Part shown: positions 17,768-27,418 of the stretch, in pieces
How the letters are laid out: every line of letters begins with the position of its first letter
How positions within the stretch are numbered: the first letter of the stretch is position 1
Source of the DNA: a virus
Taxonomy: Duplodnaviria > Caudoviricetes
IMG/VR virus record: IMGVR_UViG_3300025267_000020
Location: 1-48,040 of that record
Length of the DNA stretch: 48,040 nt
Direction: 5' to 3' (one strand)
Translations under genes and position numbers: made by a program
The notes under the pieces: generated by a model
Told to the model about the DNA's origin: nothing
Databases searched by the model: none
Seen by the model: the letters and a program-made list of their open reading frames with translations, nothing else

Positions 17768-18373
17768 TTACTCCTTCACACCCAACAACCGCAACAACAC
17801 CTGCTCACGAGCCTCACCAGCACCACACAAACCATCCAACGCTTCAACCACAACGCGATAATCACTGGAAGCAAATCGAAACACCAGCGAATCCATCACC
17901 TGACTCTCAGCGGCAGCATTGCCCACCTCGGAACCACTCGCCTCATCATCTAATTGCTCAACAGCCTTTGTTATTTTTTTCAACTCGCTAGCATAAAAAG
18001 CCCCATCGAAATCCAACCCAGCTTGCAAATCAGATTCCAGTTGAGCCAGATCCCAGCTTGCTAATTCTGACGCTCGATTGTCAAAAATTGCCAGCTTCCG
18101 TTTCTGATCTTCGGTCAAGCCCACACGCCGCACCGCGATCAATTCATGCCCATCAGCCTCAACCAATCGAACCTTTGTGATCCCAACTTCCGCAGCCGCA
18201 TCCACCGTCGCATTTCCCGCAATGATCGTGTTGTTTTCATCAACCACAATCGAACGGCCAGCCCCGCACGATGACAACGAATCCGCAATCACACCAACGT
18301 TCCTCGGATTATGACAACGCCGATTTTCACTATCGTGTACCAAGTCTTTTATATGCGTGATATTGAGAGTCAT
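17768..18373 (-). CDS. ParB/sulfiredoxin-N-like protein
   Basis: GAGRSIVVDENNTIIAGN...LAIFDNRASELASWD. Confidence 0.75.
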   Translation of the reverse strand: MTLNITHIKDLVHDSENRRCHNPRNVGVIADSLSSCGAGRSIVVDENNTIIAGNATVDAAAEVGITKVRLVEADGHELIAVRRVGLTEDQKRKLAIFDNRASELASWDLAQLESDLQAGLDFDGAFYASELKKITKAVEQLDDEASGSEVGNAAAESQVMDSLVFRFASSDYRVVVEALDGLCGAGEAREQVLLRLLGVKE

Positions 18374-18379
18374 AACAAA

Positions 18380-18805
18380 TCAATAATTGGCTTTTTCTGC
18401 TAGCCCCTCCCAAACCATCAGCTCATTCAGATTTACACCATCAGCAAACACCTCGATCAACCATCGACCATACTTGCCTTGTTTTTGTTTCTCTCTAGCC
18501 CTGGATGCTTTTTTCGTAGAGTCAAACGGAGCAATGGTCGAGATGATGATTTCAGTTGCCTCAGAAATTTCTTTGTCTAGCCAATCACGCGACACAATAC
18601 CCTTGGCTTTTTCCTTGCCTCTGACCTCCGGCGCATTGATCCCGTATAACCGGCCAGTGGTTGAAATTGTCAAACCAAAACCCAAATCCAACACAAGATC
18701 CATCAACGTATCACCATCATACACACGACACGACACCATCTGAAACAACCACAAACTTTCAGACTCATCTATGGATTTTATTCTTGCCATATCACCTTTT
18801 CTCAA
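18380..18805 (-). CDS. thermonuclease (SNase) family protein
   Basis: VYDGDT, RLYGINAPE, GKYGRWL, NELMVWEGLA. Confidence 0.9.
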   Translation of the reverse strand: MRKGDMARIKSIDESESLWLFQMVSCRVYDGDTLMDLVLDLGFGLTISTTGRLYGINAPEVRGKEKAKGIVSRDWLDKEISEATEIIISTIAPFDSTKKASRAREKQKQGKYGRWLIEVFADGVNLNELMVWEGLAEKANY

Positions 18806-19001
18806 ACTTTAAACGGCTCAAAAACTCATCACGTTTCAACTTGTAACTGTTGTCGTGATCTTGCGTTGCATTTCTCATCGCTCGTTGACACTGACGACAG
18901 AGATCATGGTATCTATCGGTCGCCATTTTCCCTGATGATTTTCGCAGGAATAACGGTTTCCTTTTTCCGCATTCACGACAAATCCTCTTGCTGGATTTCA
19001 T
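18792..19001 (-). CDS. small zinc-finger protein
   Basis: CREC...CRQC; overlaps both neighbours. Confidence 0.55.
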   Translation of the reverse strand: MKSSKRICRECGKRKPLFLRKSSGKMATDRYHDLCRQCQRAMRNATQDHDNSYKLKRDEFLSRLKFEKR

Positions 19002-19473
19002 CGCGTGACCAGAGCTTGAACCTCAGCTTACCATCCGCACCAAGATCACCATCTGAAATGTGAATTGATAATCGTTTGGCATGAACGTCTGAATGGCATT
19101 GGTCACACAAAAGAATACAATTCTTTGTGTTTACCCGCTCAGGCATTGGCTTACCTCGCGTCGTGCTACGATACACAATTTCGTGCATTTGCATACGCGG
19201 CAATCCTCCACGCCCTTCAGGACTCAACCCCATCTCACGACACGCACGGCAACCCTCATCACGCAACACAACTTGATGACGGACGCTCGTTACCCACGCA
19301 GCATTATACTTTCGCTCTTTTCGCTTCTCGCTCTTTCGTGACTCTGGCTTGGGAAAGCCAACCCAATTCACCTCCACGCCTCGCCCCTTGCACAGAGGAC
19401 ACACCCCAGCATCAGGCACAAATCCAGCACCGTTGCACAACTCACACTCACTCGACCTTTGGCGTATTGTCAT
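18973..19473 (-). CDS. HNH endonuclease with N-terminal zinc finger
   Basis: RDEGCRAC...MHEI...NCILLCDQCHSDVH; start chosen at MTIRQ, uncertain. Confidence 0.75.
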   Translation of the reverse strand: MTIRQRSSECELCNGAGFVPDAGVCPLCKGRGVEVNWVGFPKPESRKSEKRKERKYNAAWVTSVRHQVVLRDEGCRACREMGLSPEGRGGLPRMQMHEIVYRSTTRGKPMPERVNTKNCILLCDQCHSDVHAKRLSIHISDGDLGADGKLRFKLWSRDEIQQEDLS

Positions 19474-19834
19474 GTGGGCCTTTTTCCCGATCCTCTGAAA
19501 ATCCACCACCACCGGAGATCAGCCGAACCAGATTTGCCTTGATTTCCGTGCGTTGTTTTTTCACCCCTGACGCTTGATCTTCCCAACTCTTGGTCTGCAA
19601 CGATCCTTCGACGTACACCTTTGTTCCCTTTTTCAGATACTGAGCCAACGAGTCTGCCAGTTTTCCCCATAGAGCAACTCTGTGCCACTCTGTCCGCTCT
19701 TGTTTTTCACCATCTTTGTTTGTCCAACGCTCAGACGTTGCCATAGAAAAATTACAAACGGCCACACCAGCATTGGAAAAACGCAAGTCTGAATCCTGCC
19801 CCAAATTACCAACGAGAATAACCTTATTGACCAT
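19448..19834 (-). CDS. ssb: single-stranded DNA-binding protein
   Basis: VNKVILVGNLG...TEWHRV...KKGTKVYVEGSLQT. Confidence 0.95.
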   Translation of the reverse strand: MVNKVILVGNLGQDSDLRFSNAGVAVCNFSMATSERWTNKDGEKQERTEWHRVALWGKLADSLAQYLKKGTKVYVEGSLQTKSWEDQASGVKKQRTEIKANLVRLISGGGGFSEDREKGPHDNTPKVE

Positions 19835-19836
19835 CT

Positions 19837-20148
19837 TTAAATATCAGCCTTTATTTTCAAAATACGCAAACCAAAAATAACCTCAAGAGCTTCTTTCGGA
19901 GTATGCACAATCGTAACTTGCCCTTTCCAGGCTTCATGCCATTTAACCTGCTGACTGTTCAATTTTCTCTGGCTCGGGTATTTCTTCCCATCCTTATATT
20001 CAAGCAAAAAATTCTTGTCACCGAAACCAACAACCCGATCAGGAAATCCAGAACCCACGGCATCAGTTTTTGCCACTGATGCGCCTGCCGCAATTAGCAC
20101 AGAATCAATCGCAGAAGCGTTCGCGTCAGTCTTAGCCGCTCTTCGCAT
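19837..20148 (-). CDS. VRR-NUC/Holliday-junction resolvase-like nuclease
   Basis: MRRAAKTDAN...GFPDRVVG...LLEYKDG...Q..WH..WKG. Confidence 0.8.
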   Translation of the reverse strand: MRRAAKTDANASAIDSVLIAAGASVAKTDAVGSGFPDRVVGFGDKNFLLEYKDGKKYPSQRKLNSQQVKWHEAWKGQVTIVHTPKEALEVIFGLRILKIKADI

Positions 20149-20326
20149 CTAGCCCCCTACGCAAAAACAGCGCAACACGCCCCGGCTCAGTAGCCATTTC
20201 CCCGCATCGAATGCAACACACACCAGCGATATACCCCACCCACGAATGCTCACACCCTTCAACCCATGAAACAATCTCTGAAGACTGATCCCCGAAATCA
20301 CGAAAATTCTTTTTCATAAAAAACAC
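20132..20326 (-). CDS. hypothetical protein
   Basis: Tight packing; CEHSW/CIRC. Confidence 0.45.
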   Translation of the reverse strand: MFFMKKNFRDFGDQSSEIVSWVEGCEHSWVGYIAGVCCIRCGEMATEPGRVALFLRRGLDAKSG

Positions 20327-20631
20327 TAAAACAAAAACCCATCCTTGATCTCAGTCTTCAACCGATAACGAGTCAAGCCCGTGTCACGATCATGATCAAA
20401 GCATTCCACCACATGACCAGCGTTCCGCAACTCTGAAATACGACCAGTATAATTCAATGCAATATTATTTAATTCTCTGTTCGTTGCTGGGCCTTCCTGT
20501 AAGCGTTTCAATATCGCTCCACACTGACGAGATAACCGCTCAGATTCACCGCGATGGTATCCAATATCCTCATCAGCAAATGCTTGTTTCGGATCAAACA
20601 CTGGCATTCTCGACCACTTCACCAAGCCCAT
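20326..20631 (-). CDS. winged-HTH protein
   Basis: ILKRLQEGPATNREL...GRISELRNAGH. Confidence 0.75.
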   Translation of the reverse strand: MGLVKWSRMPVFDPKQAFADEDIGYHRGESERLSRQCGAILKRLQEGPATNRELNNIALNYTGRISELRNAGHVVECFDHDRDTGLTRYRLKTEIKDGFLF

Positions 20632-20839
20632 TCACATCATCCTTTCGCGGTATCACTTGCCTGATTTTATATTCTGCCAGTTCACCAGCTACAGCTTTCC
20701 CATGTGCGATCTTCCACAGCCCCGCCGAACTAATACCAATCCTTGACGCTAGCTCACGCCACGACAAACCATTTTCCAAACGAAAATCACGAACCTCAAC
20801 AAGCAACTTCGCCGGATCTGTTCTTTCAATAATTCGCAT
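20594..20839 (-). CDS. XRE/Cro-like HTH regulator
   Basis: GAGG RBS before MRIIERT; RLENGLSWRELASRIGISSAGLWKIAHG. Confidence 0.75.
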   Translation of the reverse strand: MRIIERTDPAKLLVEVRDFRLENGLSWRELASRIGISSAGLWKIAHGKAVAGELAEYKIRQVIPRKDDVNGLGEVVENASV

Positions 20840-20867
20840 TTTACACCTCTTCTCCAATGATAACAAA

Positions 20868-21719
20868 TTATGAGTAAACACGCATGTCTTGCCCACCCAT
20901 AAACACAACATCAGCATTTCCCGCAATCCTAGACGGCAACCGCTCATCACCCAGAAATTCCTCAAGATCACCCAGACTAAAATTGCTAGTAAATAGCGTT
21001 CTTTTTTTATGATCCAAACGCGCATCATACAATCCCTGTAAAACCCTCCTGCTAAAATCAGACCCTTTTTCAGCCCCTATATCATCAAGCCCTAACACAT
21101 CGACTTTTTTATACTGTTTTAAATAATCAGAATAACCACCAGCCGTTGTCAACAATTCCCTTGCACGTTCCACCAGATCCCCCACGCGCACAAACGACAC
21201 GAGAGAATTCCTTTTTGATTCATTGAGCAACGACGCCATCAACCGAGTTTTCCCAACGCCGACACCACCGCGAATGTAAAGATCGGACACCTCCCCAGAA
21301 AGCCATCTCTGTGCAGACTCAATCGATTTGTTTCTACCACCACCCTCATCAAAATTGATCATCATTGCATCTGTGTATGCCACAGGCAATCCCACAACGA
21401 CCCTGGATTCATTCGCACATCCACAACGCCTAACGCCTGACACCATCACGCCATTCTTTGATCGGTACTCCACCGACTCAAAACCCGTATCCCTGCACCG
21501 CTCACACGCAACCGTTTCCTCACATAATTCACAGACAACAGCCCCGCCATAAATCTCACCCTGATATGTTCCCAACCGCCGCATCACGTCCAGTACTGGA
21601 TTTTTCCATCGCTCAGCAGATACAGATCCACACACTGGACACACTTTGTATGGTGGCTTCGGACCAAGAAAACGAGAGCTTGTTTTTTTAGTTGCACCAC
21701 CCTCAACCACTTGTTTCAT
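20868..21719 (-). CDS. DnaC/IstB-like helicase loader ATPase
   Basis: GGVGVGKT, LGLDDIGAE, TLFTSN, RLPSRI; N-terminal Cys motifs. Confidence 0.9.
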   Translation of the reverse strand: MKQVVEGGATKKTSSRFLGPKPPYKVCPVCGSVSAERWKNPVLDVMRRLGTYQGEIYGGAVVCELCEETVACERCRDTGFESVEYRSKNGVMVSGVRRCGCANESRVVVGLPVAYTDAMMINFDEGGGRNKSIESAQRWLSGEVSDLYIRGGVGVGKTRLMASLLNESKRNSLVSFVRVGDLVERARELLTTAGGYSDYLKQYKKVDVLGLDDIGAEKGSDFSRRVLQGLYDARLDHKKRTLFTSNFSLGDLEEFLGDERLPSRIAGNADVVFMGGQDMRVYS

Positions 21720-22528
21720 GGCTCATCCTCATTCCGCTCGATCTTGTCGTATTTATCCGCCTCTGTAGACCTCACGTTTCCAACAACAGACACATCATAA
21801 TTCCCTTCCAGGATCTTCGTAATTGAATCATCCTTTAAAACCCAATCAATCGAAGCTTTCCACCCCTTATTATTACCACCTCTTAAAAACGCAGAATTGT
21901 CAACTTTTAGAAATGCAATTTGCAACGCTTCAATACCATGTCTCTCAAGGCTCTTAATCATCAAAGCTCGTCGCTTGGGCCTTAAAACCGTGCATCGCGG
22001 AATAGGCTTATGAGTTACCCTGTTCCATAAATCTTTTACTTCATCAGCTTTCCCATGATCGGCTTGTTCTTCCGCCACTAGTACAAGATCATTTTCTGTC
22101 TTCTGATCTCTTGTTATGTCTTGTACTGTGTGTTTCGATTCTTCGTTTTTCGACGGAGAAAAATTTTCGTTGTTCGCCCTGTTGCGTATTAACTTTTTCG
22201 TGTACTCAGACGCTCGACTTTTCATCCCAGGAAACAATAACTCCACACGCTCATTCCACGATTCGGCATCAACACACTTCGCATCGATACAGACCTTGAT
22301 CAATTTCGTAAACTTTTCCAGCTCTAACCCAGACGCATCAACCAAATCCTCAAGCGGTATCGGATCACCGTCAGAATCCACACACCGCCCAGGATCACCG
22401 CGTCCATATTGCGCTGCAAAACACCACAACCGAACCAACGCACCGAACCCCTCATTTCCACATTGCCTGATAACGCGCCTGATTGTTGGGTGCGTCGTAC
22501 AATCGGAATCCATCCGAAACCATTTCAC
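21716..22528 (-). CDS. phage replication initiator (replisome organiser)
   Basis: MKWFRMD N-terminus, GWKASIDWVLK..I.KILEGNYD C-terminus; upstream of DnaC-like gene. Confidence 0.75.
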   Translation of the reverse strand: MKWFRMDSDCTTHPTIRRVIRQCGNEGFGALVRLWCFAAQYGRGDPGRCVDSDGDPIPLEDLVDASGLELEKFTKLIKVCIDAKCVDAESWNERVELLFPGMKSRASEYTKKLIRNRANNENFSPSKNEESKHTVQDITRDQKTENDLVLVAEEQADHGKADEVKDLWNRVTHKPIPRCTVLRPKRRALMIKSLERHGIEALQIAFLKVDNSAFLRGGNNKGWKASIDWVLKDDSITKILEGNYDVSVVGNVRSTEADKYDKIERNEDEP

Positions 22529-22532
22529 CGTT

Positions 22533-23627
22533 TCACCTCATAATCCATCGCTTGAATCCTTGCCTTTTCTTTTCTTTACATAATACCATCAAACGATCTT
22601 TCAATCCATCATATTCCTTTGAAAATCTATCACTCAAATTCACCCATGCACGGAGATTCGTAGCAGACAATTCAACACCGCTGTTCTCAATCCCGTACTC
22701 GGCAAACACACGAAACACATCATCGGCTGAATAGCTTTTTCTGGTAAATGGACGATAGCCAAACCCGATCCCATGATGCTCCACATCCCCATGCACGCCA
22801 CACCATGCCTGCATTGCTTCACGTCTCGCCTTCACCGACTTCTCCAACACGATCAATTCATCGGCCATCGCTTTGGCTTGCTCGTCTGTTTTGATTCGCT
22901 GCACATCTAACGACGCATGATCTTTGATGCTGCAATCAAGTTTGCAAAAACCGCAATGCGTTCCAGGTACTTCCGGCCAGCGTCCAGACGCACGATGCTG
23001 CTTGATTATTTCAATCCGAGATTGCGCCACAACTGACAACGCCTCGGCTTCTTCAGCAGTCCACACCGCAGTTGCAGACGTTCCCAACCGAGGATATACA
23101 AAAGTAAATCTGTATTTCTCAAACCCTTTCCACCTCCTCGACGCCTGCCACACATACACCTGAGCCTGGAATTGACTTTTCACGTCTTTGTCATCAAGCC
23201 CGATCCAATATGTTTTCCAGTCAATTTGCTCCAATTCTCCATCTCTCGCATACACAAGATCCGGCGTCCACTCAACTTGCTCATCCTCCAATCGTTGAGT
23301 TTCTTCGGCCATTAAAAACGCATCGCGATCAAGCTCAAAAGTTAACGCCCACCGTTCAACCAAATCCATCACCTCGTTAATTAAATCTGGAGGCAAATCC
23401 AACGCCGGAATGGTTGCATTCACAGCCCGTAATAACTCCTCGTGATCTGCTGTTAATCGCAACTGATGCAAACGTTTTATGTACACCTCGGCAATCGCAT
23501 GAAACGCAATCCCGCGCAACGCGGCATCACTCGTCTCATCTGGAGGATGCTCCGATTCATACAACTCAAAATACCGCTTTGGACACTCAACCGCTTCCAG
23601 CGCAGACCTACGAAACGCCATCATCAC
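22533..23627 (-). CDS. PD-(D/E)XK exonuclease (RecB/Cas4-like)
   Basis: CPKRY, RGIAFH, PDLV...IDWKT, PGTHCGFC. Confidence 0.85.
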   Translation of the reverse strand: MMMAFRRSALEAVECPKRYFELYESEHPPDETSDAALRGIAFHAIAEVYIKRLHQLRLTADHEELLRAVNATIPALDLPPDLINEVMDLVERWALTFELDRDAFLMAEETQRLEDEQVEWTPDLVYARDGELEQIDWKTYWIGLDDKDVKSQFQAQVYVWQASRRWKGFEKYRFTFVYPRLGTSATAVWTAEEAEALSVVAQSRIEIIKQHRASGRWPEVPGTHCGFCKLDCSIKDHASLDVQRIKTDEQAKAMADELIVLEKSVKARREAMQAWCGVHGDVEHHGIGFGYRPFTRKSYSADDVFRVFAEYGIENSGVELSATNLRAWVNLSDRFSKEYDGLKDRLMVLCKEKKRQGFKRWIMR

Positions 23628-24066
23628 ACCTCACTAGTGTGTCTGTTCCCGGCTCAAGCAAAAACCCAACAGCCATCAACATTCGACCGTCAGCACAAGG
23701 CACCAATTCGACCGCACCGAATCGTTCCCCACTCTCAAACAAATCAACAAACATCCGATCTTGCTCTACAACCTCAACAAACTCACCTGCTCGATCTGTC
23801 CGCACTTCGTTTTTAGACAATCGCCTATTAACGAGAATGCAAGAAAGATCATCATCATGATCATTTATCTCCCTGACATGCCGATCAATCCTCTCAAGAT
23901 CGTTGGGTAGCAACATCCCAAAACACAAATGAGAGCCATGCACATTCCACGGTTTTTTCGGCAAACCATTCTCGAAATAAAATCCACCCTCACTCGCTCT
24001 CGCTTCTTTCATCTTTTTTTCTCTTGATGTTGTTCTTTGCTGCGAATTCATCGCGCAACCACTCAA
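23608..24066 (-). CDS. hypothetical protein
   Basis: Between recombinase and nuclease; start probably at MKEARA. Confidence 0.45.
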   Translation of the reverse strand: MSGCAMNSQQRTTSREKKMKEARASEGGFYFENGLPKKPWNVHGSHLCFGMLLPNDLERIDRHVREINDHDDDLSCILVNRRLSKNEVRTDRAGEFVEVVEQDRMFVDLFESGERFGAVELVPCADGRMLMAVGFLLEPGTDTLVRCDDGVS

Positions 24067-24763
24067 CCAAATCAGCCTCCCGCCCTCTATACTCCGCGAG
24101 CTTGACCGCTTGCTCAGCAGACGTCAGCCCCACCGATCCAAATCCCTCACTCACTTGATATGCGAGATCAGGATCTGTGTTTTGCAACGCGATCAGCCCA
24201 GAATCATCATCGGATTTCCTGGTTGTAATCGCATCAAGATCCCCGTCATCATCTCCCATTTCTTCAGATGTCATCAGCCCACGCAACACATCGCCAAACT
24301 CATCGCGCAACGCAAATCCCATCGCTCTTGCTGTATACATGCGCTGAGGATACGCAGTGTACATTTTTCTCGTTACGACACCAGCAGCCACGGCATCAGC
24401 CTCATCAAATGTATACGTTGCCTCATCGCGTCCAACACGCCGCACGGTCACAGTGGCTTTTTTGGCCTCCTTGTCATACTCAACGACGCACTTTTCCATC
24501 AACCCAGACGCATCCACAAGGCTTCGCATTGTGGATACATACATCGTCACCTTGCCTTGCAAAATAATCAGCCCTGTTAACGCCTGCATCGGACCAAGCC
24601 CTAGCTCAGCGCCATACATCACAGCCGCTAGCACTTCCGCTGGATTCCCGCGATAGTAATCAGGGACAAATGATGTCTTTGCAATCCGCTCCGAAAACGC
24701 AACCGCATCTTGATACGTTTCCGGCGCAAGTGACAACCGTGATTTCTGTTTTCTCATAACCAT
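23990..24763 (-). CDS. RecT/Redbeta-like single-strand annealing protein
   Basis: VPDYYRGNP..V.AAVMYGAELGLGPMQAL...YPQRM..ARA...ALRD.F.DVL.G. Confidence 0.85.
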   Translation of the reverse strand: MVMRKQKSRLSLAPETYQDAVAFSERIAKTSFVPDYYRGNPAEVLAAVMYGAELGLGPMQALTGLIILQGKVTMYVSTMRSLVDASGLMEKCVVEYDKEAKKATVTVRRVGRDEATYTFDEADAVAAGVVTRKMYTAYPQRMYTARAMGFALRDEFGDVLRGLMTSEEMGDDDGDLDAITTRKSDDDSGLIALQNTDPDLAYQVSEGFGSVGLTSAEQAVKLAEYRGREADLVEWLRDEFAAKNNIKRKKDERSESE

Positions 24764-24816
24764 TTCCCTTTCAACGAGCCTCTGTATGCCACAGAGACTC
24801 GCTCGATCTTTCCGGA

Positions 24817-25062
24817 CTAGTTACCAAGATAGTTATCCCAACGATATTGCGATTCAACCTCATCAGACACATTCCAATTTCGAGCAAGCTTCACAAGCTC
24901 TATAGCAGCCAAAACACTCTCATCCGAATACGATTCAATCGCACTTGCGATGAAATCTTTTTTTCGCTCATATCGCACATCCTCAACCGTGTCGCAGTAT
25001 CCAAAATAATCCTCAAAATAAGTGTTCACCGCGTCGTTGATGTTGTCTTGTTTCTTAATCAT
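24817..25062 (-). CDS. hypothetical protein (leaderless, MIK start)
   Basis: ATG 7 nt after TAGAAT of cassette 3. Confidence 0.65.
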   Translation of the reverse strand: MIKKQDNINDAVNTYFEDYFGYCDTVEDVRYERKKDFIASAIESYSDESVLAAIELVKLARNWNVSDEVESQYRWDNYLGN

Positions 25063-25068
25063 GTGAAG

Positions 25069-25110
25069 ATTCTATCAGTGGTATTCACCGGCGTCAAGCA
25101 AAAAAAACGC
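25069..25110 (-). promoter_or_regulatory. promoter cassette 3
   Basis: T tract, TTGACG-17-(TGA)TAGAAT. Confidence 0.8.
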
Positions 25111-25356
25111 CTATTCTAAATTATTTTTCCAATGTCCAGTTTCCGAGTATTCCCGCGACCAGACAGATTCAATCCTGACTCGCTCACGGTATCGATCAGC
25201 CGCACTCAAATGCCACCATCGCTCCAGACGCATCAACCAAAAAAATGCACCAGTTGATTCGTACCGATCCATGATCCACGAAACCAGTTTTTCAAAATTC
25301 ATCATTACTTGCCCACTCCCACACGATCCATCCCACCACAGCCACCACAGCCGCAC
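25111..25356 (-). CDS. hypothetical protein
   Basis: ORF in co-directional gene string; start uncertain. Confidence 0.4.
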   Translation of the reverse strand: MRLWWLWWDGSCGSGQVMMNFEKLVSWIMDRYESTGAFFWLMRLERWWHLSAADRYRERVRIESVWSREYSETGHWKNNLE

Positions 25357-25382
25357 ATCGCCACGCTAATCCAATCTCCAAA

Positions 25383-25754
25383 TCAGTCATCCAAATCCCC
25401 AGCCAAGGATCGCAACTCACTTCTCGTCATTTTCACAATCCGCTCATCGAATTCAACGCCAACCCATTGGCAAAACAACTTTAGAGATTTATATTTCTCC
25501 TCCACCTGTATAGCCAAACGAAAAACATCTTGCCGAAACATCGATCCATCATAATAAGAGGCACAACCGTTTGCTGTCGTATGTGCAATTTCTTCCTCCA
25601 ATGATATTTTTTCACGCCTCATCGCATCGATGTAAATCTCTCGCGTCACCTGCAAGTCGTACAGCCTCGCCCACACTTCAGCACGTACACGATAATCTGA
25701 CCCAGTTTGTACACACTCATCCAATTCACGCGGAAATCTAAGCATCCCAGACAT
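25383..25754 (-). CDS. hypothetical protein
   Basis: ORF in co-directional gene string. Confidence 0.55.
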   Translation of the reverse strand: MSGMLRFPRELDECVQTGSDYRVRAEVWARLYDLQVTREIYIDAMRREKISLEEEIAHTTANGCASYYDGSMFRQDVFRLAIQVEEKYKSLKLFCQWVGVEFDERIVKMTRSELRSLAGDLDD

Positions 25755-25763
25755 GAAATCAAC

Positions 25764-26021
25764 CTATCTCAAATAAAGTTGGTGAACGAACGAGAGCTTA
25801 CCACTTGCGACAAGCCCCAATGATTTTCGCTTTTGCTGCCACGCCATTTCCCGCTGATGGAAAATCCACGATTCCTTCTCACCGATTACCGCTACCGCTT
25901 CCGCTCGATCCATCCCATTTTGCACTTTTGTCCAGATCACTTCATGCCACTTTTGCGACATCTCTTCGTGACTCAATCTCTGATTTCCGATTCTTAAAAC
26001 TTGATCCATATCAGCCCCCAT
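25764..26021 (-). CDS. hypothetical protein
   Basis: ORF in co-directional gene string. Confidence 0.55.
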   Translation of the reverse strand: MGADMDQVLRIGNQRLSHEEMSQKWHEVIWTKVQNGMDRAEAVAVIGEKESWIFHQREMAWQQKRKSLGLVASGKLSFVHQLYLR

Positions 26022-26025
26022 GCAA

Positions 26026-26060
26026 GAGATACATACCGCGATTCTTGCGGTATGTATCTC
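26026..26060. other. perfect 14-bp inverted repeat (hairpin)
   Basis: gagatacataccgc-gattctt-gcggtatgtatctc, intergenic; no clear U tract on the coding strand. Confidence 0.7.
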
Positions 26061-26069
26061 GCGTAGTTT

Positions 26070-26321
26070 TTATCCGAACTGCACAACACGATGAGTTTGT
26101 GAATCCATCCAGCCATGCACACGCTGAACCTCACTGCCCAACACCAGCAGATCGAAATACCGCAGATCCGACGAATCCTGCATCATGGGTAAATGCAGCT
26201 TGACATGCTTGGATACATCTCCGCGCAAACACTGGCCTTGCACACCGCCGCAATCCTGGCAACGACCAACGGAACCAGAAACGAATTCGACCGCGCCGTT
26301 ACATGCTGTGCAAGTTTCCAT
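26070..26321 (-). CDS. small zinc-ribbon protein
   Basis: AAGGAG RBS; CTAC/CQDC; RYFDL...RVHGW. Confidence 0.7.
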   Translation of the reverse strand: METCTACNGAVEFVSGSVGRCQDCGGVQGQCLRGDVSKHVKLHLPMMQDSSDLRYFDLLVLGSEVQRVHGWMDSQTHRVVQFG

Positions 26322-26365
26322 TTGCTTACTCCTTTATTGAAGTTGACGAGCTTAACTATGTGTAA

Positions 26366-26432
26366 ATACTAACAGCAACATTCAGGGTAGTCAAGAAAAA
26401 AATGCGCCATCTTAAAAAAAAGACAGCGCATT
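26366..26432 (-). promoter_or_regulatory. terminator-promoter cassette 4
   Basis: AATGCGCTGTCTT/AAGATGGCGCATT hairpin, T tract, TTGACT-17-(TGT)TAGTAT. Confidence 0.8.
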
Positions 26433-26447
26433 GTTTCGGACTAATCA

Positions 26448-26813
26448 TCACTCGAAACGATGCAGACGTTCAGCCAGTGTTTCATTGTATACATCTGCAT
26501 CGTTTTGCACGAACACATAATGCGCCCCGTACCGCACACCGTTTGAGGCTGGACGAAATACCGTGCTATCAGTCATTCCATCAAAATCCACAGCCTGAAA
26601 AGTATCGGCAACCTCACGAACCGCAGCGGTATCAACAGACGCATCATCAAAACTCACGTTCACGCTCGATCCTCCAGCATACCGACTAGAACGCACCGAA
26701 AACCTGACACCTGGAAAATTCTGTCGCAGTGCGGTTCGCAGGAGTCTCGCAGTAGAAACCACATCCACATAATCCGCTGAAGGCTCATACGATTCAAAAG
26801 TTGTCGCGTTCAT
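26448..26813 (-). CDS. LPD29-like (large polyvalent protein-associated domain) protein
   Basis: TARLLRTALRQNFPGVRFSVRSSRYAGGSSVNVS...FDGMTD; AAAGGAG RBS before MNATT. Confidence 0.75.
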   Translation of the reverse strand: MNATTFESYEPSADYVDVVSTARLLRTALRQNFPGVRFSVRSSRYAGGSSVNVSFDDASVDTAAVREVADTFQAVDFDGMTDSTVFRPASNGVRYGAHYVFVQNDADVYNETLAERLHRFE

Positions 26814-26855
26814 TTCGTTGGCTCCTTTGTTGTTTCGTTCACTCACAATATGTTT

Positions 26856-26925
26856 ATAGTATCAACGCCGTTCAGCAGTGTCAAGAAAAAAAATGCGTCA
26901 TCCAAAAAAAACAACAACGCACATC
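26856..26925 (-). promoter_or_regulatory. promoter cassette 5 (degenerate hairpin)
   Basis: TTGACA-17-(TGA)TACTAT. Confidence 0.8.
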
Positions 26926-27114
26926 TTACCGCTCAGCCTCGATCACATCCCATACTGGATCGATCACTTGCACTTTCGCATAACCAGCATTGAGATGAGC
27001 CATCGCAAACGCACGCGGAACCAACCGCTCCAACATCGTTCTGCATTCCCACGTTCGCAAAATCACCATCTCGCTATCACTAATGATCGTCGCGTTTCCT
27101 TGTGTCTTAATCAT
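26926..27114 (-). CDS. hypothetical protein (leaderless, MIK start)
   Basis: ATG 7 nt after TAGAAT of cassette 6. Confidence 0.6.
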   Translation of the reverse strand: MIKTQGNATIISDSEMVILRTWECRTMLERLVPRAFAMAHLNAGYAKVQVIDPVWDVIEAER

Positions 27115-27120
27115 GGTTAC

Positions 27121-27160
27121 ATTCTACCAGCGAGATTCACCGCACGTCAAGAAAAAAATA
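27121..27160 (-). promoter_or_regulatory. promoter cassette 6
   Basis: TTGACG-18-(TGG)TAGAAT; shares attcaccgcacgtcaagaaaaaaa with cassette 1. Confidence 0.8.
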
Positions 27161-27174
27161 CACCGTCTTGAAAA

Positions 27175-27417
27175 TTATTCACAGTCGATATCACCAGAAC
27201 ACGAGATCCCATCCTCATCCGTTACATGCTCAAGATCGAAGCGATCATGTAAATCATCCAACACCTCATCAAGCTCTTCCTCTGGTGGATCTAGGCTCAT
27301 TGGATTGTAATGGACTGTTGGCAAATACGCATATAACGCATAATCGCAATTTGGACATTTCAACCGCGCCTTATGCCCACCATCCAACTCAATATATACA
27401 GGATTTCTTGTTGGCAT
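27175..27417 (-). CDS. hypothetical acidic protein
   Basis: Tight packing; CPNC. Confidence 0.55.
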   Translation of the reverse strand: MPTRNPVYIELDGGHKARLKCPNCDYALYAYLPTVHYNPMSLDPPEEELDEVLDDLHDRFDLEHVTDEDGISCSGDIDCE

Positions 27418-27418
27418 T

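Noticed and set aside
17768-18373. ParB as evidence for a plasmid-prophage
   Set aside because: Only the ParB/Srx N-terminal-like domain next to the terminase, a common phage arrangement; no ParA or parS array.
22533-23627. Cas4-like nuclease as CRISPR component
   Set aside because: It sits near a RecT-like gene as a typical phage recombination exonuclease; no array present.
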